This document shows, piece by piece, positions 1 to 12,224 of a stretch of DNA of 64,000 bases (its first letter is position 1; each line of letters starts with the position of its first letter). Origin of the DNA: Octopus vulgaris (Eukaryota); NCBI GenBank assembly GCA_951406725.2, contig OX597835.1, positions 18,104,001-18,168,000 of the forward strand. Reading direction: 5' to 3'. Position numbers and translations under genes: made by a program. The notes below the pieces were generated by a model. That model had not been told where the DNA came from and made no database searches. It saw only the letters and a list, made by a program, of their open reading frames with translations.

Positions 1-102
1 TACAAAGAATAAGCCCCGGGGTCGATCTGCTCAACTAAAGGCGGTGCTCCAGGATAGCCGCATTCTAATGACTGAAACAAGTAAAAGAGAGTAAAAGAGA
101 GT
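1..102 (+). mobile_element. SINE family A, 3' end (cut by window edge)
   Basis: Matches the 3' part of the copies at 494-926 and 23864-24275, ending gactgaaacaagtaaaagagagtaaaagag. Confidence 0.85.
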
Positions 103-320
103 ACTGGATTTGTACAACTTAATATTGGTATACGGTTAGGTAATTTGGTATAATGCAACGTAATATCAGAAACCAACTAAGGGATAGAACCTATCCAATA
201 TAATGCTGGTAGTGTACCCAATTATTCATAGCCACGTACTAGTTATTGAATGGCAATTTGGCAATTGAGTATTATATATGGGTATGCGTAAAAATGGTTT
301 ACCCTTGGTTTATACGGTAA

Positions 321-654
321 ATAAGAAAACGGAGAGGATATGAGATCGACAGACATCAGCCGATTAGCATTACAGTATGTCTATTTATTAAGATGTATTG
401 AATGAATACACACACATGTATGAGTGGTACAGATTAGCGAGTGGAAAAAAAAAACAGGTGACTGCATAAAGAAGGATGTGGATAAATATAAATAGGCGCA
501 GGAGTGGCTGTGTGGTAAGTAGCTTGCTTCCCAACTATATGGTTCCGAGTTCAGTCCCACTGCGTGGCATCATGGACAAGTGTCTTCTGCCATAGCCTCG
601 GGCCGACCAAAGCCTTGTGAGTGGATTTGGTAGACGGAAACTGAAAGAAGCCCG

Positions 655-688
<34 letters not shown>

Positions 689-1182
689 GTATGTGGTGTG
701 TATATGATTGTGTGTCTCTGTTTGTCCCTCTAGCATTGCTTGACAACCGATGCTGGTGTGTTTACGTCCCCGTCACTTAGCGGTTCGGCAAAAGAGACCG
801 ATAGAAATCACTACTGGGCTTACAAAGAAAAAGTCCCGGGGTCGATCTGCTCGACTAAAGGCGGTGCACCGGCACGGCCGCAGTCAAATGAGTGAAACAA
901 GTAAAAGAGTAAAAGAGTAAAAGAGTATATAAAAAGAAATGAGCAATTGAGCATATGAGTAAATTGGTGCGCACCTCTGCACAAACATTGTTTTTGCTAA
1001 TTTCTCTATGCTTTTATGTATTCACACCCTTCTTTATGCAGTTACCAGTTTTTTTTTCCCGCTCGCTAATCTGCACCAATCATACGTGTGTGTGTATTTA
1101 TCAAATACATCTCAATAAATACACATACCGGTATGTTTGCCGGCTGATGTCTGTCGATTTTATATCCTCTTCGCTTTCTTAT
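321..1182 (+). repeat. Long imperfect inverted repeat (arms ~321-492 and ~1011-1182) interrupted by a SINE
   Basis: ataagaaaacggagaggatatgagatcgacagacatcagccg (321-362) is the near reverse complement of 1141-1182; similarity continues inward for ~170 bp. Confidence 0.85.
494..926 (+). mobile_element. SINE family A, full length, tRNA-derived head with internal (TA)n/(TG)n tract
   Basis: A-box-like tggctgtgtggt and B-box-like gttcagtccc, (gtaaaaga)n tail; multiple similar copies in the window. Confidence 0.9.
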
Positions 1183-1246
1183 GCGCCGTATATATGTATA
1201 TGTACATATAACTATACGTATACACACTCACACAGACATACACGCA

Positions 1247-1278
<32 letters not shown>

Positions 1279-1281
1279 CAT

Positions 1282-1333
<52 letters not shown>

Positions 1334-1440
1334 GAATATATATGTGATTATATATATATATACATGAATATATGAGATTATATATATATATATATATATA
1401 TATACTTATACATAAACACACACGAATATATATATATGTG

Positions 1441-1473
<33 letters not shown>

Positions 1474-1551
1474 ACACGGTCATGTGTAGTTATTTTCCTC
1501 TTTCTGTATGTATGCGTGTATGTATGTGTACATATATGAATATATGTATTT

Positions 1552-1585
<34 letters not shown>

Positions 1586-2221
1586 GCATATATGTTTATA
1601 GTTATATACATACATACATGTTCATATATTTATACATTAAAACAGAGGTATTTATGTACCAGTTTATTACATAGGATAATTTTCTTATATTATAACTGTC
1701 ACGTCATCTCTATTTGAACTCATAATTTCGTGTATATTTCTTGACCGATGCCAGTGATTCCTGCCAAGGTACATTTAACTAAATTTCATTTGAATTCCGA
1801 CATAAACACGACAGCCATTAAAATGTCTGAAAAATCATTTCCCTCCCAGCTTCAGATATAAGGAAATTGTTAGCCATAATTTCTAGAAGGTGTTTTTTTT
1901 TCTTGAAATATTTAGCGTTAGATAACTGATAGCGTGATGTCTGACGTGAATCTGAAGAAAGACCGGTGTTTATTGGCATGCTGAATGGTTAAATTAAGGT
2001 CGGCGCATGTCTTCAAGTTCCATCATTAATACCATAATAAAGTGATGCTGGAATCAACAATAAAATGGTTGACTGTGAATTGATGCAAAAGAAACAAACA
2101 TCGAGTTTATTAGTTGCCAGTCATAGAGATAGCGATCAAAATAGAATATCTTTACGTTATGAATGTGTTTGTTTATAAGTATTTGTATATATGTGTTTAT
2201 GTACGGCTATATACATACTTG

Positions 2222-2275
<54 letters not shown>

Positions 2276-2425
2276 CATATACATATATATATATATATAC
2301 ATATATATATACATATATATATATATATGTATATATATGTATATATATATACGTACATATATATTTATACAGATATATACATATATATATATACATATAT
2401 ATATATATGTATATATATATATATT

Positions 2426-2458
<33 letters not shown>

Positions 2459-2467
2459 GTATATATG

Positions 2468-2499
<32 letters not shown>

Positions 2500-2832
2500 A
2501 TGTATACATATATGAAACTACGTATGTATGAGTCTATATGTATATACTCACACAGATGAAGTAGCTTGTATTAAAACTTCAACTTCGATAAATCTATCGT
2601 CTATTTTTGTCTCTGTCTCCAATGTAAATGTTTTGGCTCCTAAAGATGGGCCATGTCTATATATATACACTCTTCTTCTATAATATCTCTTTATCAATTA
2701 CCATATTTAGACGTTAGCGCGCTTCATGTATATATAGACATTGAAGGCGCTAGAAATCTATAGATTATGTCTGTGATTCACGATTCGTATGTGTCAGTAT
2801 CTACGTTTAGGTATCTTTCTATAACTGTATAC

Positions 2833-2896
<64 letters not shown>

Positions 2897-3084
2897 ATGA
2901 ATGTAAATGTAGATGTATATATTTATCCAGTCATCTAGCCACCAATCTATGTTGTGTTTCTTTGTGTGTGAGTGTGTGTATGAGATCGCAAACGTAAGCG
3001 CGTGTTTCTATTCTTTCATTAATCGACAGAAATTATCGAGTGACTTTAGTACTCAAAGTTTCGTAAAGTGGTACTTTGGGTTCC

Positions 3085-3424
3085 GTTTATGGAAGGTCAT
3101 TGTTTATTGGGTTCGTTTGTCGAACCCATGATCGTAAGATTTCGGGTTCGATTACACGTCCGGGCGATGCGCTGCATCCAAGTACCAAGCACTTAATTTT
3201 ATGTTGCGCCAGTCCATTCCTGCGACATAACAGCGGCCCACCTAACGAGGGATAGATACACCAGGGAAACCAGGGAACCGGTTTGATGCTCTTTTCAGAG
3301 TAATGTAGACTAGCAATGTATGTATGTAAGTAGATTTGTATATATGTATGTACGTATTTATGTAAGTTTATATGTATGTATATGTGTATGTATATAGGTT
3401 TGTATTTATGTATGTATGCATGTA

Positions 3425-3492
<68 letters not shown>

Positions 3493-3676
3493 TACATAGG
3501 TATATTTATACATATATATGTACATATGTATACATGTATATTTATATGTATAAATGTATACACATACACACATACGTATATATATACAATCCTGCGACAC
3601 ATCGGCGTTCCTCATAGCGTGGAATACATACGCCAGAGAAACAAGGAAACCGGGCTTATGCTCTTTTCGGAGTAAT
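3085..3676 (+). mobile_element. Degenerate SINE (3085-3304) plus a second partial copy of its 3' half (3589-3676)
   Basis: B-box-like ggttcgatt near 3146; cctgcgaca...gctcttttc(a/g)gagtaat present twice, separated by (TA)n. Confidence 0.55.
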
Positions 3677-3732
3677 TCTTTTATATGGTGAGATGTAGGG
3701 ACCTACTATCTTTAAATATATATATATATATA

Positions 3733-3889
3733 GGGAGAGTTTACGAAAAAAAAACAAAAGACGAAGACAGGTGGTGTACAAAACAAACAGATGTATTAGT
3801 ATAACGCTCAGGAATAGAAAAAGTATTTTACGTTTCGAACCTACGCTCTTCTACGAAACGGACACAGAAAAAACAAGGAGAGAAAGAAA

Positions 3890-3890
<1 letters not shown>
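3733..3890 (-). mobile_element. Short (TA)n-embedded repeat family D with decayed hammerhead-like motif
   Basis: Homologous to 17708-17861, 21729-21905 and 40628-40787; minus strand reads gagcgtaggttc GAAA c GTA. Confidence 0.7.
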
Positions 3891-3939
<49 letters not shown>

Positions 3940-4092
3940 GACCCTTGTCCTACACCTGGTTTTGTTTTGTTTTTTATCTTTACCGTTATTGTTTTTACGT
4001 TTTTGTATTCTTATTCGTGCTTTCCTTATTGTTGTCACGTATTCTGTATTTTTATTCGTGTACTTCGTTCGTTTTCCGTGCTCGTGTTGTAT

Positions 4093-4238
4093 ACATTCGA
4101 AGCTTTCTTCCAAGGGATCTAATGCGCTTGGCTTAGATTTCCCTTGGGGGCTGCCCAGATCGGAGCAATCTCAAGATTAATCAGCCGAAATTGCGAAGAT
4201 GATCTGGTTCTTGACTGATGACTGAGGGCTTCGAATGT
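4093..4238 (+). ncRNA. Candidate non-circularly permuted hammerhead ribozyme with k-turn
   Basis: CTGATGA 4215-4221, GAAA 4187-4190, ATC 4168-4170; stem I tcaaga/tcttga, stem III gcaa/ttgc, stem II ggctg/cagcc, 15-bp outer helix 4093-4107/4224-4238. Confidence 0.7.
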
Positions 4239-4316
4239 CCCGTTCTGTGGTTCTTGTGTCGTCTCATTGGTGTTTCATGTTCTTGTCCATGTCTGTATTT
4301 ATTTTTTACTGTTTAC

Positions 4317-4359
<43 letters not shown>

Positions 4360-4369
4360 TGTATATGTA

Positions 4370-4565
4370 TATGTATATGTTTGTGTGTTTGTGTTTGTCC
4401 CCCCAACATCACTTGACAACCCATAACTTAGCGGTTCGTCAAAACAGACAGATAAAATAAGTACTAGGCTTACAAAGAATAAGTGCTGGAATCAATTTGT
4501 TTGATTAAAGCTGCTGCTACAACATGGCCTCCGTCAAATGACTGAAACAAACAAAATAATAAAAG
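4370..4565 (+). mobile_element. SINE family A, degenerate 3' half
   Basis: acttagcggttcg...aagtactaggcttacaaagaataag...gtcaaatgactgaaacaa. Confidence 0.75.
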
Positions 4566-5540
4566 AAAAATACTCGTCGGCTGTACTTTTCTTCTCCAGT
4601 AGACCGCCATTTTAAAAATAAACCCATTGCACACTTATATCACCAGAAGATTCAGTGTGATGAACATATCTTTTGTCGTTCATTTTCCTCAGTCAAAGGA
4701 GTGCGGCTAATCTGAAGCGCCACCTTCAATGATTTTACTGAACTGATCCCTGCACCTTTTGTAAAACCTGGTCCTTATTCAGTCGGCTTTTCTCTCCGAA
4801 GAACTGACTGAGGGAGACATAAAACGATTGTCAGACGGTGAAGGAAACAAATATAGACGCATATACACATGCATACATATATTTATATGACGGAGTTCCA
4901 CATAGTCTCTCTCAAACAAATTCAGTTACAAGATAGGGTCATAGTGGGGTCTATAGGAAAAGATTTTGCACACATGCCACGCAGCGTGATTGAACACGAG
5001 ACAAAGCGATTGCAGAGCGAACTTCATAAGAATACAGCCAATATTGCGCCTACGATACAATCTAACAAAGAATCTATACAACATTCTGCTCTACTTCAAA
5101 TCTTTAATTGGTTATTTCAACGTACACAGACATAATGGAATTTTTGTGGACGTTGATAGGTTTTCGTTCTTCATGATTTCACTTCAAAATATTTCGCAAT
5201 CTAAAGAATAGTCTTGAACCTAAAGACGACATTGATTGAGCAGGATATTTTGGTAATAGATTCTTTCATAGTTGTCGAAATCGGTTGGAACGGCTAGTAA
5301 TTTTAGTAAAACTAGTGGATGGAGTTATCACGTGAGAAATCTATTATTTGCGTGATTGTACAATTGTACACAGATGCTACAGAAACCTTAATTGTTCCAT
5401 TTGTACGTATGTATATATGTATGAATGTATGTATGTATATATGTATTTATGTATGTATGTATGTATGAATGTATGTATGTAAGTAGGTAGTTAGGAAAGC
5501 ATGCATTCATGCATATGGAAGTATACATAAATACATACAT

Positions 5541-5588
<48 letters not shown>

Positions 5589-5647
5589 CATATTTATATT
5601 CGTGTGTGTATAAGTATATATATATATTTATATACGTGTGTGTATGA

Positions 5648-5710
<63 letters not shown>

Positions 5711-6480
5711 TACATGCAATTACATATGTAGATGTATGCATGGATGTATGCATATATAAATGAATGTATGCATATACATGTTTCCATGCATGTATATATG
5801 TATACACACTCACACACACACAAACATACACACAGACGCACGCACACGCAATAATACTTATTTAACAATTTACACTGATTTTCAGAAGGTTGAAATAGAA
5901 AACCGTGGCTGATGCCGCAACTGTCTTGCCTCTGATTACTGCTTGAAGCGTGTCCTATCTCTATAGTGAGTTCATGGCACAAATAAGAATACCTTCTGAA
6001 TAAAACTCGATTTGTAGACTATAGTCACATGACTGGTCATATAAATGTTTTTAGGTTCCCCTCTACATCTATCTGTCAGTCTCAAGTGACAATGTTTGGC
6101 GTCGGAAGCTAAGGCTGACACGATTGACTTAACGTATCCTTTTTGCAGTACCAAACAACGAATACTTTGAATGTTTTCTGTCGAGTTCTTGTTGAGAATG
6201 AAAATGTGAGTAATTTTTCTAATTTTCCTGCCAAGTCTGCCCTTTTGTGTCACGTGACTGTATTTTACGCCAAAAATGAAGACCGGCAGGGTTGAGTGAA
6301 CATGAGTAGTTACAAGGCTCTCTTGATTTAATCTCCCATGTGAGAGAATGGACAGGATTCCTATATATGTAGTCCAGTGGCTAAAGTTTACGTTGTTATC
6401 TGTGTAGGCCCCTCATGTTAAGTGGCAGAGTGAGTTTTGTGTGTGAATAGTTATTGTGTATGTACTCTGATAAAGCTTGT

Positions 6481-6683
6481 ACGTTTGTACTTTTGTATGA
6501 AAGTATTTTCTGTGTTTATCCGTTCTTCATCTGTGGTATTCACTGAACATGGGTAGAAAGGAAAGACCTGAACTTAGGGGCTTTATTTTTTGTACATACG
6601 TCTATGTGATCACTCAATGGAATCTGTCTAGTAATGGGGTCTCGTATTTGTTGTCGGTAAATGGTCAGTTTATTTCTCAGGTT
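6481..6683 (-). pseudogene. Penelope-like element GIY-YIG endonuclease C-terminal remnant
   Basis: Minus-strand translation NLRNKLTIYRQQIRDPITRQIPLSDHIDVCTKNKAPKF / (frameshift) VFPFYPCSVNTTDEERINTENTFIQKYK fits the R..T.HRQQI, FPFY and E..FI.K.KP pattern of PLE endonucleases. Confidence 0.7.
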
Positions 6684-6700
6684 TATATACTATTATCTAT

Positions 6701-6948
6701 CAGAACATTCGACTACTGAGACAAGACGAAAATGAAACCAGCATTCAAAATGCACACAATAAGCAAAAGTAAAAGACAATCAAAATCACTGAAATAATTC
6801 CTCACCTGCGCGAAATTAACTTACCACAATTCCCACACGAACTGCCAAAAAGTGTGGCTACCCTAATTGTGGGACTTACATCAACGTTATTGAAGACACA
6901 ACATACAAATTCAAATCAGGACAGATTTTTACCGTAAAAAAAAACCTT
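6701..6948 (+). pseudogene. Penelope-like element RT-EN linker remnant (inverted relative to 6481-6683)
   Basis: MKPAFKMHTISKSKRQSKSLK*FLTCAKL then TAKKCGYPNCGTYINVIEDTTYKFKSGQIFTVKKNL: KRQ..LK..LT.AK motif and Cys-rich linker typical of PLEs. Confidence 0.65.
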
Positions 6949-7158
6949 TTCCATATATTTCAATATACCGTCCCAACAAGACCTACAAATAACTAATTTG
7001 TATCAAAGAATTCCTTGACTCCTCAATGCTACAAATCTTTCTTATGTGACAAATAAGTAATTCTATACTATTCAAACTGGCAGTGTCTGGTCCACCCATT
7101 AACAGGGCAACTCCACAAAATATTCGGCTGGGCAAATATATATTTATATATCTAAACA

Positions 7159-7205
<47 letters not shown>

Positions 7206-7280
7206 TGAATCTAAACAGAGAATAAACAAGAATAAAAACAATAACACGAGGACGTGGTACAAGGAAAGGAAAGAAAAAGG

Positions 7281-7315
7281 ATTTAACGTTTCGAGGAAAG
7301 CTCTTCTTCAGAAAT
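7281..7315 (-). ncRNA. Minimal type I hammerhead motif in (TA)n-embedded repeat family D2 (~7205-7370)
   Basis: Minus strand: attt CTGAAGA a gag ctttc ctc GAAA c GTT aaat; stem I attt/aaat, palindromic acgt in place of stem III. Confidence 0.6.
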
Positions 7316-7371
7316 AGAGGAAATTGCTAAGAAAGGGAAGACGGAGGGAGAAAATCGCCAACGATACATAA

Positions 7372-7409
<38 letters not shown>

Positions 7410-7610
7410 GTGCATATGTATGTATGTATGTATGAATTGACATTTATACATCTTTGTTACTCATTAATATTTTATATATGTATTTATATAGATATATATG
7501 CCTGTATGTGTTTATATATATATATTTATATATAGCACATTTCTATGCACGTGTCGTTTTTATAGAGCTTTTGAGGTTTTGCCCTTGCATGGCCGCGATT
7601 CGGTGAAAAT

Positions 7611-8303
7611 TGATGTAGAACTCAAGAATAATGATTATTTAGTGTATCATGAGACTTATAGACATTTGGAACAGAGTGAAATATTATATATGGTAAGTGT
7701 AAATCATATATGTTACATTAGGTATTTACAATAAATTATATGATATTAGTTTATGTTACATATTTTCTATGAATTAAATGCTATAGATATGTCTTAACTG
7801 ATATGGTATTATATGTGTGACTTTAAATACATCGAATTTCATGTAAATCTATTAATTGAAAACTGTGACATTTTAGCTAGAGAGAACCGGTTGCTTTTTC
7901 ATGGCTTTATAACCCAAAATTGATTTAGAGAGGGAACGAAGTGATACAATTAATTAATTCTTGTGATTTATGGTGTATTATATAATTTTCTTCGCACACC
8001 AATTGTGAAATCAGTTGATTTATTGTGGGTATTATCGACTACATGGGAATAACATTAGTCATTGTGCTTATTGCTCACCTATCTTTATTACAACGGTAGT
8101 TTTAGTTAATTTGAAGTTTGTTTTCTTCTTATACAAACTATGTTAAGCATTCACGCAACTCAACTATTATGTTTCATGTTGAATGTGACCGGAGGTAATA
8201 TTCGTTAATAGCTACTAAAGAAATACTGCCAGTGATTATATATCTACAGTTCTGAACCCATGAGTACTGACGAAACCAAATTAGATTGAGATTGTGAACA
8301 TTA
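7611..8303 (+). repeat. Highly diverged ~700-nt foldback
   Basis: Short complementary segments lie on one anti-diagonal (coordinate sums 15910-15922): tgatgt/acatta, ctcaa/ttgag, gtatcatg/catgagtac, tttggaac/gttctgaa, atgttac/gtaatat, atatgata/tattatgt. Confidence 0.45.
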
Positions 8304-8435
8304 CCTTATTAGATATGCATAGTGTATAAATATATTATAATTCCACTATCATACTTTGACTAAGAAATATACTATATTATCCGTAGGATTATGCATGAAA
8401 AAGATATAAGGAATAGTCAAACCACGCTGTTACTA

Positions 8436-8563
8436 TTTTACTCTGTTATTTGTTTCAGTCATTTGACTGCGGTCATGCTGGAGCACTGCCTTTAGTCGAG
8501 CAAATCCACCCCAGGACTTATTCTCTGTAAGCCTAGTGCTTATTCTATCGGTCTCTTTGCCGA
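8436..8563 (-). mobile_element. SINE family A, 3' fragment
   Basis: tgtttcagtcatttgactgcggtcatgctggagcac is the reverse complement of the family A tail. Confidence 0.8.
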
Positions 8564-8579
8564 AGGAACAACACCATAT

Positions 8580-9720
8580 TTAGATCAGAATAAAATACAG
8601 TGAGTAGGCTTATAAATCAAGCCAACAATCTACAAGAGTGTATAAAGTTTTCAAGCACACAGAACGAGAGACTGCTCAGGAGGATTGCGAGAGAGATAGT
8701 TGAGAGGCTGAGTAGTGACATCCAAGTAGCAGCTTGGATGACAAAAGGAAGAACGATACTATGTCAGAAGGACCCAAGTAAACAATATATTGTTTACCAC
8801 AGAGGCGGCGAGCTGGCAAAATCGTTAACGCGCCGGGTGAAATGCTTATCGGTATTTCGTCTGTCGTTACGTTCTGAGTTCAAATTCCGCCGAGGTCGAC
8901 TTTGCCTTTCATCCTTTCGGGGTCGATAAATAAAGTACCAGTTACGCACTGGGGTCGATGTAATCGACATAATCCCTTTGTCTGTCCTTGTTTGTCCCCT
9001 CTATGTTTAGCCCCTTGTGGGTAGTAAATAAATAAATATGTTGTTTACCACTAATGTGGAAACTGATGACGGGCATCATATCAAGCAGCATCTATAAATA
9101 CCTAGATGAGAACGACCTACAAGCAGTGGAATAAAGAGGGTCTAGACGCAAGAGCGAAGAAACGGAGGATCAAATTCTAATCGATAAGCCTGGCTGACTG
9201 CAAGAAGAGACACAGAAATTTGGCGATGACTTGGGTGGACTACAGGAAAGCATATGCCATGGATTATTAAATGCCTTAAACTGCTTAAGGTCTCCCACAA
9301 TATCCTGAGGTTAATAAAAAAATATATATGACAACATGGCAAACTGAATACATAGCAAAGGGAGATAAGCTCGGAGATAATATCAAAAGTAAATATCAAA
9401 AGATGAATCTTTCAAGAGGACAGTCTGTCGCCTCTCCTATTTGTCGTCTGCTTACTGTCATTAACGAGCGTTTTAAGAAAGATGCGTGTGGCATACAAGC
9501 TAGGCATGGTGTAAGTAAACAACCTGTGGTTTATGGATGACCTAAAGCTATTCGCCAAGACTGAGAAAAAAATTTGAGAGTTTGACGGAAACTGTGCAGA
9601 TGTTTAGCAAAGATATTGGCATGGAACTTAGGCTCAAGGATGGGGTTTACATCACTGAAAGGGAGATACTATCACATTAAGGGACATAACAAAGGATTTA
9701 TGTTAGACATTAGAGAAATA
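8580..9720 (+). pseudogene. Decayed reverse transcriptase of an R4/Dong-like (RLE-type) non-LTR retrotransposon
   Basis: Fragments WMTKGRTILCQKDPSK, CLPLMWKLMTGII, LAMTWVDYRKAY, IFQEDSLSPLLFVVCL (9407), NNLWFMDDLKLFAK (9518), MFSKDIGMELG; stops and frameshifts. Confidence 0.85.
8801..9034 (+). mobile_element. SINE family C inserted in the LINE RT, 17-bp TSD
   Basis: ggcggcgagctggca head, gttcaaattcc B box, gcctttcatcctttcggggtcgataaa core; TSD aatat(a/g)ttgtttaccac at 8784-8800 and 9035-9051. Confidence 0.9.
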
Positions 9721-9726
9721 AATAAT

Positions 9727-9989
9727 GAAGAAGGAGAAGGAAGAGAAGAAGAAGAAGGGGAAGAGTAGAAGAAGAAGAAGAAGAAGGATGAGGAGGAGGA
9801 GAAGAAGAAGAAATAGAAGAAGGAGAAGTAGAAGAAGAAGAAAAAAAGAAGAAGAATTAGAAGGAGAAGCAGAAAAAGAAGAAGAAGAAAAAAGAAGAAG
9901 GAGGAGGAGGAAGAGGTGGATGAGAAGAAGAAGAAGAAGAAGAAGAAGAAGAAGAAGAAGAAGAAGAAGAAGAAGAAGAAGAAGAAGAA
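9727..9989. repeat. (GAA)n/(GGA)n polypurine microsatellite
   Basis: Directly visible. Confidence 0.95.
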
Positions 9990-10448
9990 CCCTTCTGCAT
10001 CAGTACTTGATGCGTCCTTCTGCATCAGTACTTGATGTACATTTTATAGACTTTGGAGGGATGAAAGAATATTTTGGCCAAGACATGATTTACAATCACA
10101 TCGTTTGGGAACGAAAGAAATGAGGCAAAGCATTTCATCTAACGCTATAAAAGATTTTGCTAATCCGCTGCCATAACGATAATAACTGTTGGCTCTGATT
10201 TAAGGTAAAACGCATTAAACTTGAGTTGATGGATTTAGCCGATATGATCGACATAAGGACTAGTAAATGTGAGTTTACTTCACATTATATTACACCTAGT
10301 ACACTATTTTTTTTCAGTTTTTGTGACGGTGTGTGGGTGGGGTGCAGACTCGCATAATTCACACGATCCAGTAACCCCACTTCGACACCCGGTTACAAAA
10401 ATGAAAGAAAAATAGTGTAATAGGTATAAAACAATATGTATTAAACTA

Positions 10449-10817
10449 ATGGCTGTGTGGTTCCAGGTTCAGTCCCACTGCGTGGCATGTTGGGCAAGTG
10501 TCTTGTACTATATCCTCGGGCCGATCAAAGCCTTGTGAGTGGAGTTGGTAGACGGAAACTGAAAGAAGTCCGTTGTATATATGTATATATGTGTGTGTGT
10601 ATGTTTGTGTGTCTGTGTTTGTCCCCCTAGCATTGCTTGACAACCGATGCTGGTGTGTTTACGTCGCCGTCACTTAGCGGTTCGGCAAAAGAGAGCGATA
10701 GAATAAGTACTGGGCTTACAAAGAATAAGTCCCGGGGTCGATTTGCTCGACTAAAAGGCGGTGTTCCAGCATGGCCGCAGTCAAATGACTGAAACAAATA
10801 GAAGAGTAAAAGAGTAA
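10449..10817 (+). mobile_element. SINE family A with small 5' deletion
   Basis: Colinear with 494-926. Confidence 0.9.
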
Positions 10818-10863
10818 AACAATTGGAGCTAGAGAACAGGAGGACGGGACTAGGAACATTAGT

Positions 10864-11024
10864 ACGTAGTAGATAACAGCTACCCTTCGGCCGCCCTTTT
10901 GGACCCTGTTTTATCCACTATTCTGATTGGTTGGTATTGTCGCGCAATAGAGTAAGAGACAAACTGCCCCAATACCAACCAATCAAAGCGGTGGACACAA
11001 CAGGCTAGCTGTTATCTACTACGT
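10864..11024. mobile_element. MITE-like element with perfect 19-bp terminal inverted repeats
   Basis: acgtagtagataacagcta (10864-10882) / tagctgttatctactacgt (11006-11024); internal inverted pair tgattggttggtattg / caataccaaccaatca. Confidence 0.75.
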
Positions 11025-11319
11025 CCGTATTTGTGTATATATATAACAGAGAGAGGAATTTCCTTAAGCGTACGGTACAGATCCAAATCGGTTACACCAA
11101 CCCAGTGCTCAAGTGTTACTTATTTCATCGACCTCGAAAGATATGAAGAGTAAAGTCAGCGTCAGCGGGTTTCGAATGCAGAAATTGAAGAGTCGGAAGA
11201 AATGTCTCTCGACCCGATTACGATTCTGCCATATCGTCACACTTTTCATAAAATAAACCTACAATAGCTGCAACAAGAACTACAACTACAACAACTACAA
11301 CAACGACGACAACAACACT

Positions 11320-11394
<75 letters not shown>

Positions 11395-11923
11395 TACTAC
11401 TACTGCTACTAGCCATTCTCAGAAACCATAGATATGATAAGAAAGCGATATTGGTTAAAGACATATAGGGAAGATTTCCAATTAAAATTTGCAGAAGATG
11501 CGTCCATTGTAGATTGAATGCAAGCGAAGCTGGCATGTCACATACATCAGTGAAAAAAAAAAAAAATTCTCAACTTTCTCCAAGACTTTCTTCCATCGTA
11601 CGCTCGTTGCCTCACACCTTCACGTCTGATATTTCCTATCGGCTGATAATTGTTTTGATACGAACTGAAATATGTTACATGAAGAGAAAATTCCTACGGA
11701 TTCGTAATTTGCCAAACTTTACGAGTGAAGGCAATAAACTTTTAGTGAGATGCTTTTAACAGTAATACCTCACGGGATGAGTTGGATATGGCAGTAGATT
11801 TCTAATTTACTATAATGTGTAGTAAATTGAGAACGGGCATCATATATCATTGTGTACGCAAAAACATACGAAGCTGTATGGAGACAAACAGTTCTTATTT
11901 ATATATTCACATATAAGCGTTTG

Positions 11924-11975
<52 letters not shown>

Positions 11976-12142
11976 TACAGTTCAGTTATTAGGATTTCGA
12001 TCAACAGATTTGTGGGTATTCCACTTCAGGTATTTATATGCACATCAAGAAATAATACTTGAGGATAAAACCAGTACTTAGCAGGGTATAAAATATACTA
12101 CCTTAATTTGCCCTTAATTGAGATAAAATTATAATTAGAAAG

Positions 12143-12224
12143 GAACTACACGCGTTTCAGTATTGGAAGATCAGTATATATGTAATCATTAGACTTATAA
12201 TTATACCAACACATCTTCAGGTTC
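12143..12224 (-). ncRNA. Type I hammerhead motif with long loop II
   Basis: Minus strand: gaac CTGAAGA t gtgttgg ...39 nt... ccaatac t GAAA c gcgt GTA gttc; palindromic acgcgt in stem III. Confidence 0.65.
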
